From a virus: a stretch of DNA of 64,000 nucleotides. How positions within the stretch are numbered: position 1 is the first letter of the stretch; each line of letters begins with the position of its first letter. A model generated the notes under the pieces. It was not told the origin of the DNA. It did not search any database and worked only from the letters and a program-made list of their open reading frames with translations. Shown here in pieces: positions 1 through 9,007 of this stretch. Made by a program: the position numbers and the translations under genes. Where the stretch lies: IMG/VR virus record IMGVR_UViG_3300047335_000079, positions 6,980-70,979 of that record; one strand, given 5' to 3'.

Positions 1-370
1 GGAGCCACGCGAACACAGGGATGTGCAGAGCGAGTGCGGCACCGAGTTCCGTGCTTGCTCCTAAGCGCACGGGGCCAACGATGAAGAATACATCGGCCTT
101 TTGCACCGCGTTGATTTCAAGACCCGCGATGCGCTGGCGAGTGGCTTCGGTCCCACCCATCGCCGACTTTTCTTCCTCCTCCCACCACTTGAACGTACAG
201 GTCAGTTCGGGGTGGAGGGTTTCAAGTAGGCGCGAGATCGTCGCGATGTTGGCGCGATTGTTAAATGCGCCTGCCAGATAGTATTTGACGGGCTTCGGAG
301 TCTTAGACTGGGCGGGCTTTTGGAGTGCTTTGATGGTGTGAGTGCCTGGGGGCCAAATCTCTTGGCGCAT
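1..370 (-). CDS. Nucleoside 2-deoxyribosyltransferase-like protein (3' end runs off the window)
   Basis: Hand translation, not in ORF track: MRQEIW...KYYLAGAF...EINAVQKADVFF...GASTELGAALALHIPVF. YLAG, AV-x-AD and E-x-G-x-A-x-A...PV match the NDT/Rcl-like pattern. Confidence 0.7.
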   Translation of the reverse strand, partial: MRQEIWPPGTHTIKALQKPAQSKTPKPVKYYLAGAFNNRANIATISRLLETLHPELTCTFKWWEEEEKSAMGGTEATRQRIAGLEINAVQKADVFFIVGPVRLGASTELGAALALHIPVFAWL

Positions 371-410
371 GGTTTGGTGTGCGGGTTCGAGTACAGCGAG
401 CATGGTTGTC

Positions 411-779
411 CTATCCGGCTTCTAATGCGCCTTTAATTTGGTCGATGGCTTGGCTTGCCTCTGACTTGGTTATTGTACCACGCTTTTGCAGTTCTAGCAC
501 AGGCGTTAGCGCTTTTGACAAAAGATCACCGCGCTCGGTGCCCAGGGCATTCATGATGGCGTCCTCGGCCTGGCCAATAAGTTTGTTAAGGAACCACAGC
601 TGCTTGGACGACGCTACGTCGTTGGGGTCGGTGAGCAGGGTCTCTGATTCAACAAACCCGTGATAGACCCGGCCTGTGAGGCACAGTGCTCCCAGATGAT
701 GAAGCCCCTTTTCAATCTCTTGCTTAACGTGCTCGTGGGGCTCGTCCGTGGTTTCAAGCACAAAGACGTAGCGACTCAT
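411..779 (-). CDS. Hypothetical phage protein
   Basis: 122 aa ORF, coupled by an ATGA overlap to the upstream gene. Confidence 0.7.
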   Translation of the reverse strand: MSRYVFVLETTDEPHEHVKQEIEKGLHHLGALCLTGRVYHGFVESETLLTDPNDVASSKQLWFLNKLIGQAEDAIMNALGTERGDLLSKALTPVLELQKRGTITKSEASQAIDQIKGALEAG

Positions 780-976
780 CGAATCAGATGCCGCTTGCGG
801 GCTAGTGCCAACACTTCAGTAATAAAGGCGCGCTTGTTGTCCGTGAGAGTGCTCCCGCCGTAGGTGACAGCCCGTGCGTAATTCACCAGGATACCTGAGA
901 GTTGCATGAGTTGAGTAGCCAAGGGGTTACTCTCAAGTTCCGAATCGGGCGGCTCTTGCGGCACGGTAAGCTCCAT
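776..976 (-). CDS. Hypothetical protein
   Basis: 66 aa ORF within the minus-strand operon. Confidence 0.6.
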   Translation of the reverse strand: MELTVPQEPPDSELESNPLATQLMQLSGILVNYARAVTYGGSTLTDNKRAFITEVLALARKRHLIR

Positions 977-1466
977 CTAAGATAGCAGATTGGTAGGGGT
1001 AATGACACGAGCACCCCTCGAAAAACTCTTCGGTCACAAGTTTGATTCCGACCTTCGAGCACGTACTGCAATGATACCACGTATACAACCCAGTCATCGA
1101 GCCGTCTGGCGTGAGTTTAATCATCACGGGCGTTGCAAAACTTGCATAGCCGGAAGAGAAATTTCCAAAAGCGATAAGGCAACTCCGGCGCGTGAGAGCA
1201 GCCAACTCGCGTGCCTTTGCAATCTCTTCGGCATCGGGGGCATCACCCTTTACCTCAAACCACACGGGACCGCGATCGGGGTCCGGGCGCAGGATGAAGT
1301 CGGGGAGATAGGCCCCCCCGATGAGAAGCCGCACGCCTTCGGGCTCGTACTCGAATGGGATTTTGAGCATATCAAAGAACACCGCCCAACGCGCTTCGAT
1401 GCGCGAGCGGAAACGATGACCCCTGTACTCCGTTTGGAGTGGTGTATACTCAAATTTATCGGGCAT
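933..1466 (-). CDS. PD-(D/E)XK nuclease-like protein
   Basis: YRGHRFRSRIEARWAVFFD...YEPEG...YLPDF...WFEVKG gives a PD...ExK catalytic motif. Confidence 0.75.
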   Translation of the reverse strand: MPDKFEYTPLQTEYRGHRFRSRIEARWAVFFDMLKIPFEYEPEGVRLLIGGAYLPDFILRPDPDRGPVWFEVKGDAPDAEEIAKARELAALTRRSCLIAFGNFSSGYASFATPVMIKLTPDGSMTGLYTWYHCSTCSKVGIKLVTEEFFEGCSCHYPYQSAILDGAYRAARAARFGT

Positions 1467-1546
1467 TACTTACCAGGATAGCCAGCACAAACCCCAGCGA
1501 TGTAAAGCAAAACAAACACGCTCAAGACTCCGATAACGGCGATCAT
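1466..1546 (-). CDS. 26 aa single-TM micro-protein
   Basis: MIAVIGVLSVFVLLYIAGVCAGYPGK*; ATGA overlap upstream and TAATG overlap downstream; fills the gap exactly. Confidence 0.6.
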   Translation of the reverse strand: MIAVIGVLSVFVLLYIAGVCAGYPGK

Positions 1547-1938
1547 ACCACTACCACTTTCTCTGCGTCTGGGTTTTCAACCCCCATGTGATTGCCGATT
1601 TTGCACATAGCGCATGGAGTGTCCTCGGCGTCAGCGGTGTTCATGCACTGCGAGTCACACGCTTCACAGAAGCAGTTGTACGCAAACTGCGGCTCCTCTG
1701 GCTCGTTGAGGTTGGCGCGGCAGAGGAAGTCGAACCACAGGTTTTTCAAGGCGTGCGCGTAGCCCTTCTTGTAGATCATCGCACGCCAAACCGGCTGGTC
1801 CTTGCGGTAGTACAGCGTAATGTCAATCTCTGCCTCATCGCGCTTGATGCCCAGGGCCGTGTTGACCATGTTCTCAAACTGCGTGCGCGTCATTTCAGGC
1901 GTGTTAGCGATGCCAAGTTTTTTGCGGTTACTCATCAT
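1543..1938 (-). CDS. Hypothetical Cys-rich protein
   Basis: 131 aa with a C-terminal CFCEAC...C...CAMC...H cluster. Confidence 0.65.
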   Translation of the reverse strand: MMSNRKKLGIANTPEMTRTQFENMVNTALGIKRDEAEIDITLYYRKDQPVWRAMIYKKGYAHALKNLWFDFLCRANLNEPEEPQFAYNCFCEACDSQCMNTADAEDTPCAMCKIGNHMGVENPDAEKVVVV

Positions 1939-1947
1939 TTTAGCCCG

Positions 1948-2127
1948 TTACAAGCGGAAAAAAGGTGTGTGAGACAGCAGGGGAACACACGGGCACCGAG
2001 TTGCCCACGGCGCGTTCCCACCCCCGCATGTAGGGCAACGCCAGCCCGTAGCTCCAAGCGGAGGTGCCGTGTTTGGTGTGTTGATCGTGGGCGTCGCGGG
2101 TACGGTGTTGTTAGGCGTGGACTGCAT
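1948..2127 (-). CDS. Small Zn-ribbon protein (59 aa)
   Basis: Hand translation MQSTPNN...GWRCPTCGGGNAPWATRCPC...; GW-x-CP-x-C...P...CPC pattern; below the ORF-track cut-off. Confidence 0.65.
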   Translation of the reverse strand: MQSTPNNTVPATPTINTPNTAPPLGATGWRCPTCGGGNAPWATRCPCVPLLSHTPFFRL

Positions 2128-4174
2128 CGTAGTTGTATTTCTCCCCCCAATGGGTGCCGTGCGGTGAGACGGATACTTCCGCTTTGAGCGGGACTTTAAT
2201 CTGCGGGAAATTCGTCATGTGCTTTACCACTGCATTCGCTACCGACTCGACAAACTCATCTTCTACGTCAAAGATCAACTCGTCATGAACGGTGCCGATG
2301 AACTTAACCGCCGCGTCAGGCTGATTGTAACTTGGTCCGAAGCGGTCGTCAAGGTCTGCGTCAATGGCGATCATGGCCTCTTTGAGCAGGTCCGCCGCGC
2401 AGGACTGAATGAGTGCGTTAACGGCGACATAGGACTTGCCGGGGCTGATGATGGAGCGACGACCAAAGAGGTTGTCAACGTAGCCCACACCCTCTTCGCG
2501 CTGGCGCTTCTCGACGAGTTGGCTTGCGCGCTTGGTGAACTGACGCACCGATGGGAACGCTCGTTTGTACGTTGCGATGAGTGTGGCCGCGAGGTCCGTG
2601 AGCACATCACCCTCAGGGCGCACACCGGGCTTGAGAGTAGCCAGCGCCTCCAGGGCTTGCGCGGTCGTCATGGGCTCACCCCCAGAGTCACCTGCGCGAA
2701 GTGAATCTGCCACCCGGTCGACACCACCGCCGTAGAGGATGGTAAACGACAGCAGTTTACCAAACGACCGCTGTTGTTTCATTTCTGGCGTCAACTCACC
2801 ACGAAACGCCGCTTCTAACTGCGCGGGCGTCCACGAAAACATCATCGCCGCGACAACAGAGTGAGGGTCTTGGTCTTTTTCAAAGGCTTCGAGAAGCACG
2901 GGGTCGCGTGCGTACTCTGCGAACAGGCGCATTTCAATAGCGCTCAAGTCAACGAACACAAGCGTTCGACCGGGCTCTGCTTCAACGAGCGAGCGAGCGT
3001 GGGTCCACGGCTGGTCGGGGACAAAGCGTGAGAGGTTCTGCAACTGCGGGGCTTCCGAGGAGAAGCGGCCCGTGCGCGCGGCGGATTGGTTATAGGTTGA
3101 ATGCACGCGGTTTGACGCCGTAAGCGCAGCTTCAAACTCGTTGCACTTATCCAGACACTTGACCCAGCGCCGAATGTTGAGCAAAGGCTCACGCACGGTT
3201 TCATCGGGAATATCGCGCAGCGCAGATTCGTCCGTGGACGGGGCTCCAGACGGTGTGGTATGGGTGCCAATCGGAAAGCCTCGTTGGGTATAGAGGTACT
3301 CACCGAGTTGCTGTGAGGAGCCTGGGTTGACTCCGGGGGCAATGTCCATGAACAGCGAAGTGTTTTCACCGATTTCAAACTGGGCTTGGGCTTTGAGGCG
3401 CGCGAGCGTGGTGACATTGACCGGCCACCCCATGCGCTCCATTTCAAGTACGACCGCGCAGAGCTTGTGCTCACGCTCGGCGGTGCGCTTGAGCCCTTCG
3501 GATGCTTCGATAAGTGGCACCAGCGCCTCGCGGGCATAGGCCGTAAGCACGGTGTCTTGCGCGGCATACGGCACCATGATTTCAGGTGGAACGTGCGAGT
3601 AGTTGGGCTCGAACGTAATGACGTACTTGCCGCCAACGCGCTCGCGCTCACGGTGCGAGGACAGCCAGGCCTTCACCGCGCGCTCCGGTCCCACCACGTC
3701 GATGCGTGACTCTTCGGGAATGTACTGTTGCGAGGCAATTTTGAGTCGCGCTGACTGATGGGGCGTGGCGATGCGCTGAAGGAGCATGGCGTCGGTGAAC
3801 TTGAGGTTGGACCACAAGGGGTCAAAGGCAAATCCTTCGCGGGCCATCGCGGCGTCAAACTTGAGGTTCCAACAGGTAATGTCGATGCTGTTGTTTGCGA
3901 GTTCAGCGAGCGTTCGACCCGCAAGGTCAGGTTCACCATAAGTGAAGAACGCACACTGCGTGTTGGGTGAGAACGTCGCCATGAATGGGCGGTCACCCGT
4001 TGACCAACGAAGCCCCGTCGTTTCGGTGTCAAAGCAACAGTAGCCCGATTCGCGCGCGAGGTTAAGCAACTCAACGATTTGGTCCAGCCCCGTAATCTCG
4101 ACAATCGGAAAAGGTGACGAGAAGAGTTGGACGTTACTTGACACTCGCCGGCCACCCCGTGCCGTAGTCGGCAT
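2111..4174 (-). CDS. Family A DNA polymerase with 3'-5' exonuclease (start possibly GTG at 4144)
   Basis: ExoI DTETTG, ExoII WNLKFD, ExoIII YAAQD; TGRFSS; motif A DLSAIEMR, motif B RSFGKLLSFTILYG, motif C VHDEL. Confidence 0.96.
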   Translation of the reverse strand: MPTTARGGRRVSSNVQLFSSPFPIVEITGLDQIVELLNLARESGYCCFDTETTGLRWSTGDRPFMATFSPNTQCAFFTYGEPDLAGRTLAELANNSIDITCWNLKFDAAMAREGFAFDPLWSNLKFTDAMLLQRIATPHQSARLKIASQQYIPEESRIDVVGPERAVKAWLSSHRERERVGGKYVITFEPNYSHVPPEIMVPYAAQDTVLTAYAREALVPLIEASEGLKRTAEREHKLCAVVLEMERMGWPVNVTTLARLKAQAQFEIGENTSLFMDIAPGVNPGSSQQLGEYLYTQRGFPIGTHTTPSGAPSTDESALRDIPDETVREPLLNIRRWVKCLDKCNEFEAALTASNRVHSTYNQSAARTGRFSSEAPQLQNLSRFVPDQPWTHARSLVEAEPGRTLVFVDLSAIEMRLFAEYARDPVLLEAFEKDQDPHSVVAAMMFSWTPAQLEAAFRGELTPEMKQQRSFGKLLSFTILYGGGVDRVADSLRAGDSGGEPMTTAQALEALATLKPGVRPEGDVLTDLAATLIATYKRAFPSVRQFTKRASQLVEKRQREEGVGYVDNLFGRRSIISPGKSYVAVNALIQSCAADLLKEAMIAIDADLDDRFGPSYNQPDAAVKFIGTVHDELIFDVEDEFVESVANAVVKHMTNFPQIKVPLKAEVSVSPHGTHWGEKYNYDAVHA

Positions 4175-4799
4175 AATACAGTTCGTTTACAACCGCAGGT
4201 GCGTGGTTGCGGTCACCCCGGATAGCCGCATAGACGGGCCGAAGTCCCGCGATGGAGTAGTCGCCTACAAGACCACCGCCGAAGAGCTCTTTTGCGGCAA
4301 GTTTGAAGTCAATCGGCATCGGTGATTCCAGAGATTTCACACCCGCATCATAGCACACAAAGTTCAGCGCCGCTTTGTGGTTCTCGGGCTTGAGGTACAC
4401 CTCACCAATTTGCAAGACGAGCGCGTCAAAATACACCTTGTGCGAGCCTGCATAAATAGCCGCGCGGTAGGAGTAGCGTTGCATTTCTTCAACGAAGTTG
4501 GACCATCCGTCACAGTAGTCGAGTTGAACGACCGACGCGAGCTTATCCCCATGCTCAAAGAAATGCTGGTGCGGTGATGGCAACTCTAAAGCATCTTTGA
4601 AACCTTGCACGTAGTTCACGGGGCGGTTGCGCGAGGCGACGAGGTTGTACTGCGGCTCTTTGATGATGAGTTGCAGGCCAACGATTTCGGAATAGTTCGG
4701 AGAGCCAATAGTGCGGTACTGTGGCTCCAGAAGCGTTCGGATAAGGGAGTAGTAGGCTAGACCGCAGGTGCGGCCATAAAGTTCAGCGCCGACATTCAT
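4134..4799 (-). CDS. Degenerate thymidylate synthase/hydroxymethylase-like protein
   Basis: N-terminus (AYYSLIRTLL...SEIVGLQLIIKEP...SRNRPVN) and YAGSHKVY resemble TS segments, but the catalytic PC and RS-x-D motifs are not visible; sits beside the dNMP kinase. Confidence 0.4.
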   Translation of the reverse strand: MNVGAELYGRTCGLAYYSLIRTLLEPQYRTIGSPNYSEIVGLQLIIKEPQYNLVASRNRPVNYVQGFKDALELPSPHQHFFEHGDKLASVVQLDYCDGWSNFVEEMQRYSYRAAIYAGSHKVYFDALVLQIGEVYLKPENHKAALNFVCYDAGVKSLESPMPIDFKLAAKELFGGGLVGDYSIAGLRPVYAAIRGDRNHAPAVVNELYYADYGTGWPASVK

Positions 4800-5431
4800 C
4801 GAGGAAGTATCACATCGACGTAGACGGGAATCTCTTTTTCCGTCGCAACTTTGGTAGCCACTTCTTTTTCAACTTCTCTCATTGTACGTGGCACTTTGGG
4901 ATACGAAATCGCCGCGAGGAGATCATCGCAGTGTGCATCTAAGAAATGCTCGGGCGTACAGCGCGAGGAGTCATATGTCAGCACCCGCGCGGCGTTGGCG
5001 TCACGAATGGCATCAAAGAAGCGACGGTACCGCCGCGCGGTGTCAATAAGCGTGGTCGGGTTGATTTGCTCTGCCTCATCACCATTGGCTGCGTAGCGAG
5101 CTAAGATAACGTCGTCAGGCGCATCCGCGTGGATGAGAACGGAGTCGGTGTGGCGCAGATACGCCATGAAGGTGAGAAGGTTGAGAAACGTGTTGGGCTT
5201 TTGACTCGGCCAGATGGGTGCATACGCATAGTTGGAAATAACGAGCCTGTCAAAGACGAGATCGTTGCGGTGCTCAAATTCGGACAATATGCGTGTGGCC
5301 TGTGCCCAATCCCCGCGTTCGTCAGGAGCACTCATATGAACGTAAGGCACGGCAAAACGACGCGACAGGTACTCTGCCAACGTCGTTTTCCCTGTGAGAT
5401 CACAGCCCTCTAATACGATCACTCTTCCCAA
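4796..5431 (-). CDS. Thymidylate/dNMP kinase
   Basis: IVLEGCDLTGKTT P-loop; VFDRLVISNYAY (DR motif). Confidence 0.85.
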   Translation of the reverse strand: MGRVIVLEGCDLTGKTTLAEYLSRRFAVPYVHMSAPDERGDWAQATRILSEFEHRNDLVFDRLVISNYAYAPIWPSQKPNTFLNLLTFMAYLRHTDSVLIHADAPDDVILARYAANGDEAEQINPTTLIDTARRYRRFFDAIRDANAARVLTYDSSRCTPEHFLDAHCDDLLAAISYPKVPRTMREVEKEVATKVATEKEIPVYVDVILPR

Positions 5432-5631
5432 ACCTCTTCGAGTCTGTTAAGGGCATCCCGCAGTGAACTTGCGTAGACCCCCACGGGGGGTGCTCCTGGA
5501 ATGCTAAGACGAACCCAGTTTCGATTCCGAAACCCCGCCGTAGCGGTTAGCGTGACCCCCCCACAAGAAGAGATATGGACGATGCGCTCGTCAGTGACTT
5601 TGACGATAGGTTCTTCTGCGTAAACCGGCAT
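5419..5631 (-). CDS. Hypothetical protein
   Basis: 70 aa; TAATG coupling to the upstream gene. Confidence 0.6.
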   Translation of the reverse strand: MPVYAEEPIVKVTDERIVHISSCGGVTLTATAGFRNRNWVRLSIPGAPPVGVYASSLRDALNRLEEVWEE

Positions 5632-6461
5632 TAGAAGCCCGGTGCGTCGAGGTCGTCGTGCTTGTGGAACGACGACTCAAAAGCGTCCTCGTCGGGGATG
5701 CCCTGGAGTTTGTCCTGGACGGCTTTCATATCCGTGTACATCTTGCGAAGGTACGAGAACGAAGCCGCGTCGGGCACCATGCCGTGACGGGAGAACTTCG
5801 GCACAAAGTACGTGCCCTTCTCCGATGCAATCCGGTTGGACTCCATCTTGTACACCGATGCAAACAGCGGGGCTGGCTTGCCACCGATACGAAGCATCGA
5901 CGCCATCGTGACCAACTCTTGCGCGGCGGGCGTGGCCGTGCGCTTGGCGGAGTACAGCACGGGCGAGGTGTTCAGCAGCTCTTCCGCGATGTTGGTGGGG
6001 TCTTTGATGGGCATGAGCAGGATGTTCATGAACAGCGTGCACAGCGGCGGAACGCCATCCACCCATTTGGCCAGCGGACACGCCGCGCAGTTGCCGCCCG
6101 CGTGACGTGCGTCTTTGTTGGAGCCATGGATGCCGTCCGAGGACCGACACTCAATGGGGGCTGAGATATCGGACTTCGCGGCCCACTGTGTGCGCGAGCG
6201 CCAATAGAACAGACCCGCGAAGTACAGGCTTCGACCGTAGTTTTCTTTGGTCGTTGCGTTGACGATGTTGCCCGACTGATAGCCCTCTTCGTTAGAGAGC
6301 GGTGAGGTCGGCTGGAGCAGGGTGAGGCGCGGGATGACGAGTTCGTCAGCACCGACGTTTTCAAGACCCTCGGCACCAATGCCTCCGATGAGGGCTTCGA
6401 GTTCGGCGTCGAGTGCGAGGGGGTTCTCCGCAATGACTGCGGGCGACTTGGTGGTTGCCAA
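5631..6461 (-). CDS. Putative phage ssDNA-binding protein
   Basis: GLENVGADELVIPRLTLLQPTSP N-terminus, internal CRSSDG...CAACP...C Zn site, acidic tail ending in F; replication module; TTG start after GGAG. Confidence 0.6.
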   Translation of the reverse strand: MATTKSPAVIAENPLALDAELEALIGGIGAEGLENVGADELVIPRLTLLQPTSPLSNEEGYQSGNIVNATTKENYGRSLYFAGLFYWRSRTQWAAKSDISAPIECRSSDGIHGSNKDARHAGGNCAACPLAKWVDGVPPLCTLFMNILLMPIKDPTNIAEELLNTSPVLYSAKRTATPAAQELVTMASMLRIGGKPAPLFASVYKMESNRIASEKGTYFVPKFSRHGMVPDAASFSYLRKMYTDMKAVQDKLQGIPDEDAFESSFHKHDDLDAPGF

Positions 6462-6505
6462 TTTAGTTCTCCAAGATTGAGGTTGGGAAGTTAGTATATC
6501 ACAGA

Positions 6506-7249
6506 CTAGAGGTCGATGACAATGGGTTTGTTGAGCGGAACATATGAATTGGTGTTCAGGGCGGCGTTGACGAACGTGGTAGGCTCACCGCCATGACCGT
6601 CGAGAGGTAGGTCGATGTTGCCGTAGCCCGCGTGCAGATGCCCAAAGACGTGCAGGCGGAGTTGTTTTAAGTCCTCGATGCGCGTCCGCAAAAGGTAGTC
6701 ACCAGCGCGGTTGTCGCCCTGGTGCCTGTGTTCAAAGTCAACAATGTCAAGGATGCCCCACGGCGGGGTGTGGGTGACGAGGATATTGGTGTCAAGGGGA
6801 ATGGTCGCCCATCGCATTTTGGCTTCCTGGCGACCTTTTTCACTGTCACTGAACTGAAATGCCCAATCCCCGAATGCTGGTTGCCACGGTGAGCCATGCA
6901 CTTTGTACTTACCGACCATCGTTGAGCGGTCGATGAGCACGTCAATGTCAGGAAACTCTGCCAGCAACTCTTGCACCGAAATTGGGCGGTCAATTCGCCA
7001 ACTACGAAAAATATGACCGTCCTTAAAGCGTTCGTCAAAGAAGAAATCGTGGTTACCCGGCACCACGATCTTACGACGATGTGGCAAAGCAGAGATTGCT
7101 TTCAACTCCGCGCGCACTTCTTTGAGAACCCCCGTGAACGTGAGATCGCCCGCATGAATGAGAACGTCGCCGTCAGGAACAACAATCGGAACGCCGTCCT
7201 GGGGTTTTGACAGCATCGTGTGGCTGTCACTGATGGCGACAATTTTCAT
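6506..7249 (-). CDS. Calcineurin-like metallophosphoesterase
   Basis: SDSH, HAGDLT, PGNHD, THTPP and FGHLH motifs. Confidence 0.92.
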   Translation of the reverse strand: MKIVAISDSHTMLSKPQDGVPIVVPDGDVLIHAGDLTFTGVLKEVRAELKAISALPHRRKIVVPGNHDFFFDERFKDGHIFRSWRIDRPISVQELLAEFPDIDVLIDRSTMVGKYKVHGSPWQPAFGDWAFQFSDSEKGRQEAKMRWATIPLDTNILVTHTPPWGILDIVDFEHRHQGDNRAGDYLLRTRIEDLKQLRLHVFGHLHAGYGNIDLPLDGHGGEPTTFVNAALNTNSYVPLNKPIVIDL

Positions 7250-7729
7250 TTATGCTCTCCGTAGGTTGACGGACTTGTCGTAGTAGATGGACACGACAGA
7301 TTCGTCGGGGATGGGCTCACCCGTTTCCAAGCGCTCTTTGATGAAGCTCTTGAGCGTCTGCGGATGGACGCCAACTTTCACGATCTCCGGCGCAAACTCG
7401 CGCGCCCATTCCAGCAGGGCATCGGGGTCTTTGACGGACGGGTACAAGGACGTGTGCTGGTATGCCAGGCCAATGCCTTCGACGCGGATGTTCTGGATGC
7501 CCGAGGCCTCCATGAGTTCAAGCGCGATCTTGGTGTAGTGCTCGATTTGCTTGTTGACTGATTTCAACTCTGCTTCGAGCGTGGCCTTTTTGTCTTTCTC
7601 GGCACGCAGTTGCCCAATGACCTCTTTGATTCCAGGCAACTCCGTTGCGTCAACGGTCAGTTCGGCTTCGCCCAACGCCTCGGTGGTCTCGGCGATGAGG
7701 GCTTCGAGTTCTAAGGAGGTGTCAGCCAT
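7250..7729 (-). CDS. Conserved phage replication-module protein with N-terminal coiled coil
   Basis: MADTSLE...VHPQTLKSFIKERLETGEPIP; ATG 7729 preferred over the extended track call. Confidence 0.65.
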   Translation of the reverse strand: MADTSLELEALIAETTEALGEAELTVDATELPGIKEVIGQLRAEKDKKATLEAELKSVNKQIEHYTKIALELMEASGIQNIRVEGIGLAYQHTSLYPSVKDPDALLEWAREFAPEIVKVGVHPQTLKSFIKERLETGEPIPDESVVSIYYDKSVNLRRA

Positions 7730-7925
7730 GAAAGGCAGCTTTCCACGAAAAGACGGCCTTACCCGAACTATCATGAGCGATGTGCCAGGCATCATGGGTG
7801 GCGGGTTCAAGCGTGCAGATAAAAGTTTTGAGGTTTGGGGTCGTGTGCAAGTGGCCGCACGCCCGACCATCTTCTCGGACAAGCTCAGCAATTTCGGCTG
7901 GCTTAAGTGTGTTCTTTGTACTCAT
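7722..7925 (-). CDS. Small Cys/His protein
   Basis: CG...FICTLEPATHDAWH resembles the C-x-n-CT-x4-H-x3-H repeat of the 29.1-31.4 kb amidoligase. Confidence 0.55.
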   Translation of the reverse strand: MSTKNTLKPAEIAELVREDGRACGHLHTTPNLKTFICTLEPATHDAWHIAHDSSGKAVFSWKAAFHG

Positions 7926-7932
7926 GGCGTCA

Positions 7933-8649
7933 TTATACCACGCCGAGCTTCACGTAGTCAAGATAGAAATTGTAAACACTCATACCGTACCCAAAATCAC
8001 CCTTGGTGGCATCGGTTGCGCGTTCCAAAGCGCCGGTTTGGCCAGAGTTATAGGCCTGGAAGCCTAGCACCGTGGCCGATGGGTAGAGCACCTTGGTGCC
8101 TGCGGCTTTGAACTTTGCGTCCTGCTCGGACGCCCATTTCAAGTTATTGGCCACAAACTGTGCCATCGCAGGCACAGCCCAGTTGGGGTCTTGGCCCTTT
8201 TCGACCATTTGGTCCACGCTTAGACCTTGAAACTCAGGTCGCGCGGCGAGGCCCGCGCCGGAGAACTGGGCGATGCCAATATCGGTGTGCTTGAAAATCT
8301 CAAGCGGAGTTTCACCTGCGGGGTAGTGGTTTTCGTTGTTGGGGTCGGTAGCGAGCGGGTCGAAGCGGCTCTCTTGGCGCATTTGGGCTGCGAGCATGCG
8401 AACGTCCAGACCGTAGTCTTTCGCCGCTTGGCGCATCAGTGGAGCGATCACTGCGGCTTGCGCGGCGGTGACTTTGTGAATAGTGCCGCCCGAGCCTTTG
8501 AAGGGGCCTTCGTTGACGGACTCTTGGACGATGAGCGTTTCGAGGGTTGTTCCGGTCGGGTCTGTAACCACTTCAATCTCCGATTTAGCAAGCCCGAAGG
8601 CGGTGACGAGCCAGCCGATGGCTCCGAGAACTACTTGACCGAGTTTCAC
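7933..8649 (-). CDS. Lytic transglycosylase (SLT) with hydrophobic N-terminus
   Basis: QESRFDP-A catalytic Glu, GIAQF and AYNSG motifs; N-terminal signal/anchor MKLGQVVLGAIGWLVTAFGLA. Confidence 0.85.
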   Translation of the reverse strand: MKLGQVVLGAIGWLVTAFGLAKSEIEVVTDPTGTTLETLIVQESVNEGPFKGSGGTIHKVTAAQAAVIAPLMRQAAKDYGLDVRMLAAQMRQESRFDPLATDPNNENHYPAGETPLEIFKHTDIGIAQFSGAGLAARPEFQGLSVDQMVEKGQDPNWAVPAMAQFVANNLKWASEQDAKFKAAGTKVLYPSATVLGFQAYNSGQTGALERATDATKGDFGYGMSVYNFYLDYVKLGVV

Positions 8650-8999
8650 GCTGGTGCCTCTTCGCGGTAGAACTGCTCGACGTAGCCGTCGAGGCGGCGC
8701 GCGATGTACTTGTTGATGCCCGCATGGAAAAGAAGCACGTTAATCGACTCTAACCCATAGGTCTCTTTGAGCACACACAGCGCGATGCCGGTGAGCACGG
8801 GCGAGCCTGACAAAAGCAAGTAGTCGTACTCGGGATGGAAGTTTTGAAGTTTTTCGGCAAACTCCGCTGTTATCTGAGAGGTGTCGAAGATATTGACTCG
8901 TCCCTCTGACAGATGCACCATTGGATGTGGGGAGAACTCATGGGCGGCATCGTAGGAGTGCCCTGCGGCGTTGACGACATAGATGGTTGGCTTGTGCAT
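8646..8999 (-). CDS. Hypothetical phage protein
   Basis: 117 aa; DYLLLSGSP; GTGA overlap with the next gene. Confidence 0.7.
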   Translation of the reverse strand: MHKPTIYVVNAAGHSYDAAHEFSPHPMVHLSEGRVNIFDTSQITAEFAEKLQNFHPEYDYLLLSGSPVLTGIALCVLKETYGLESINVLLFHAGINKYIARRLDGYVEQFYREEAPA

Positions 9000-9007
9000 T
9001 TCTTTCC

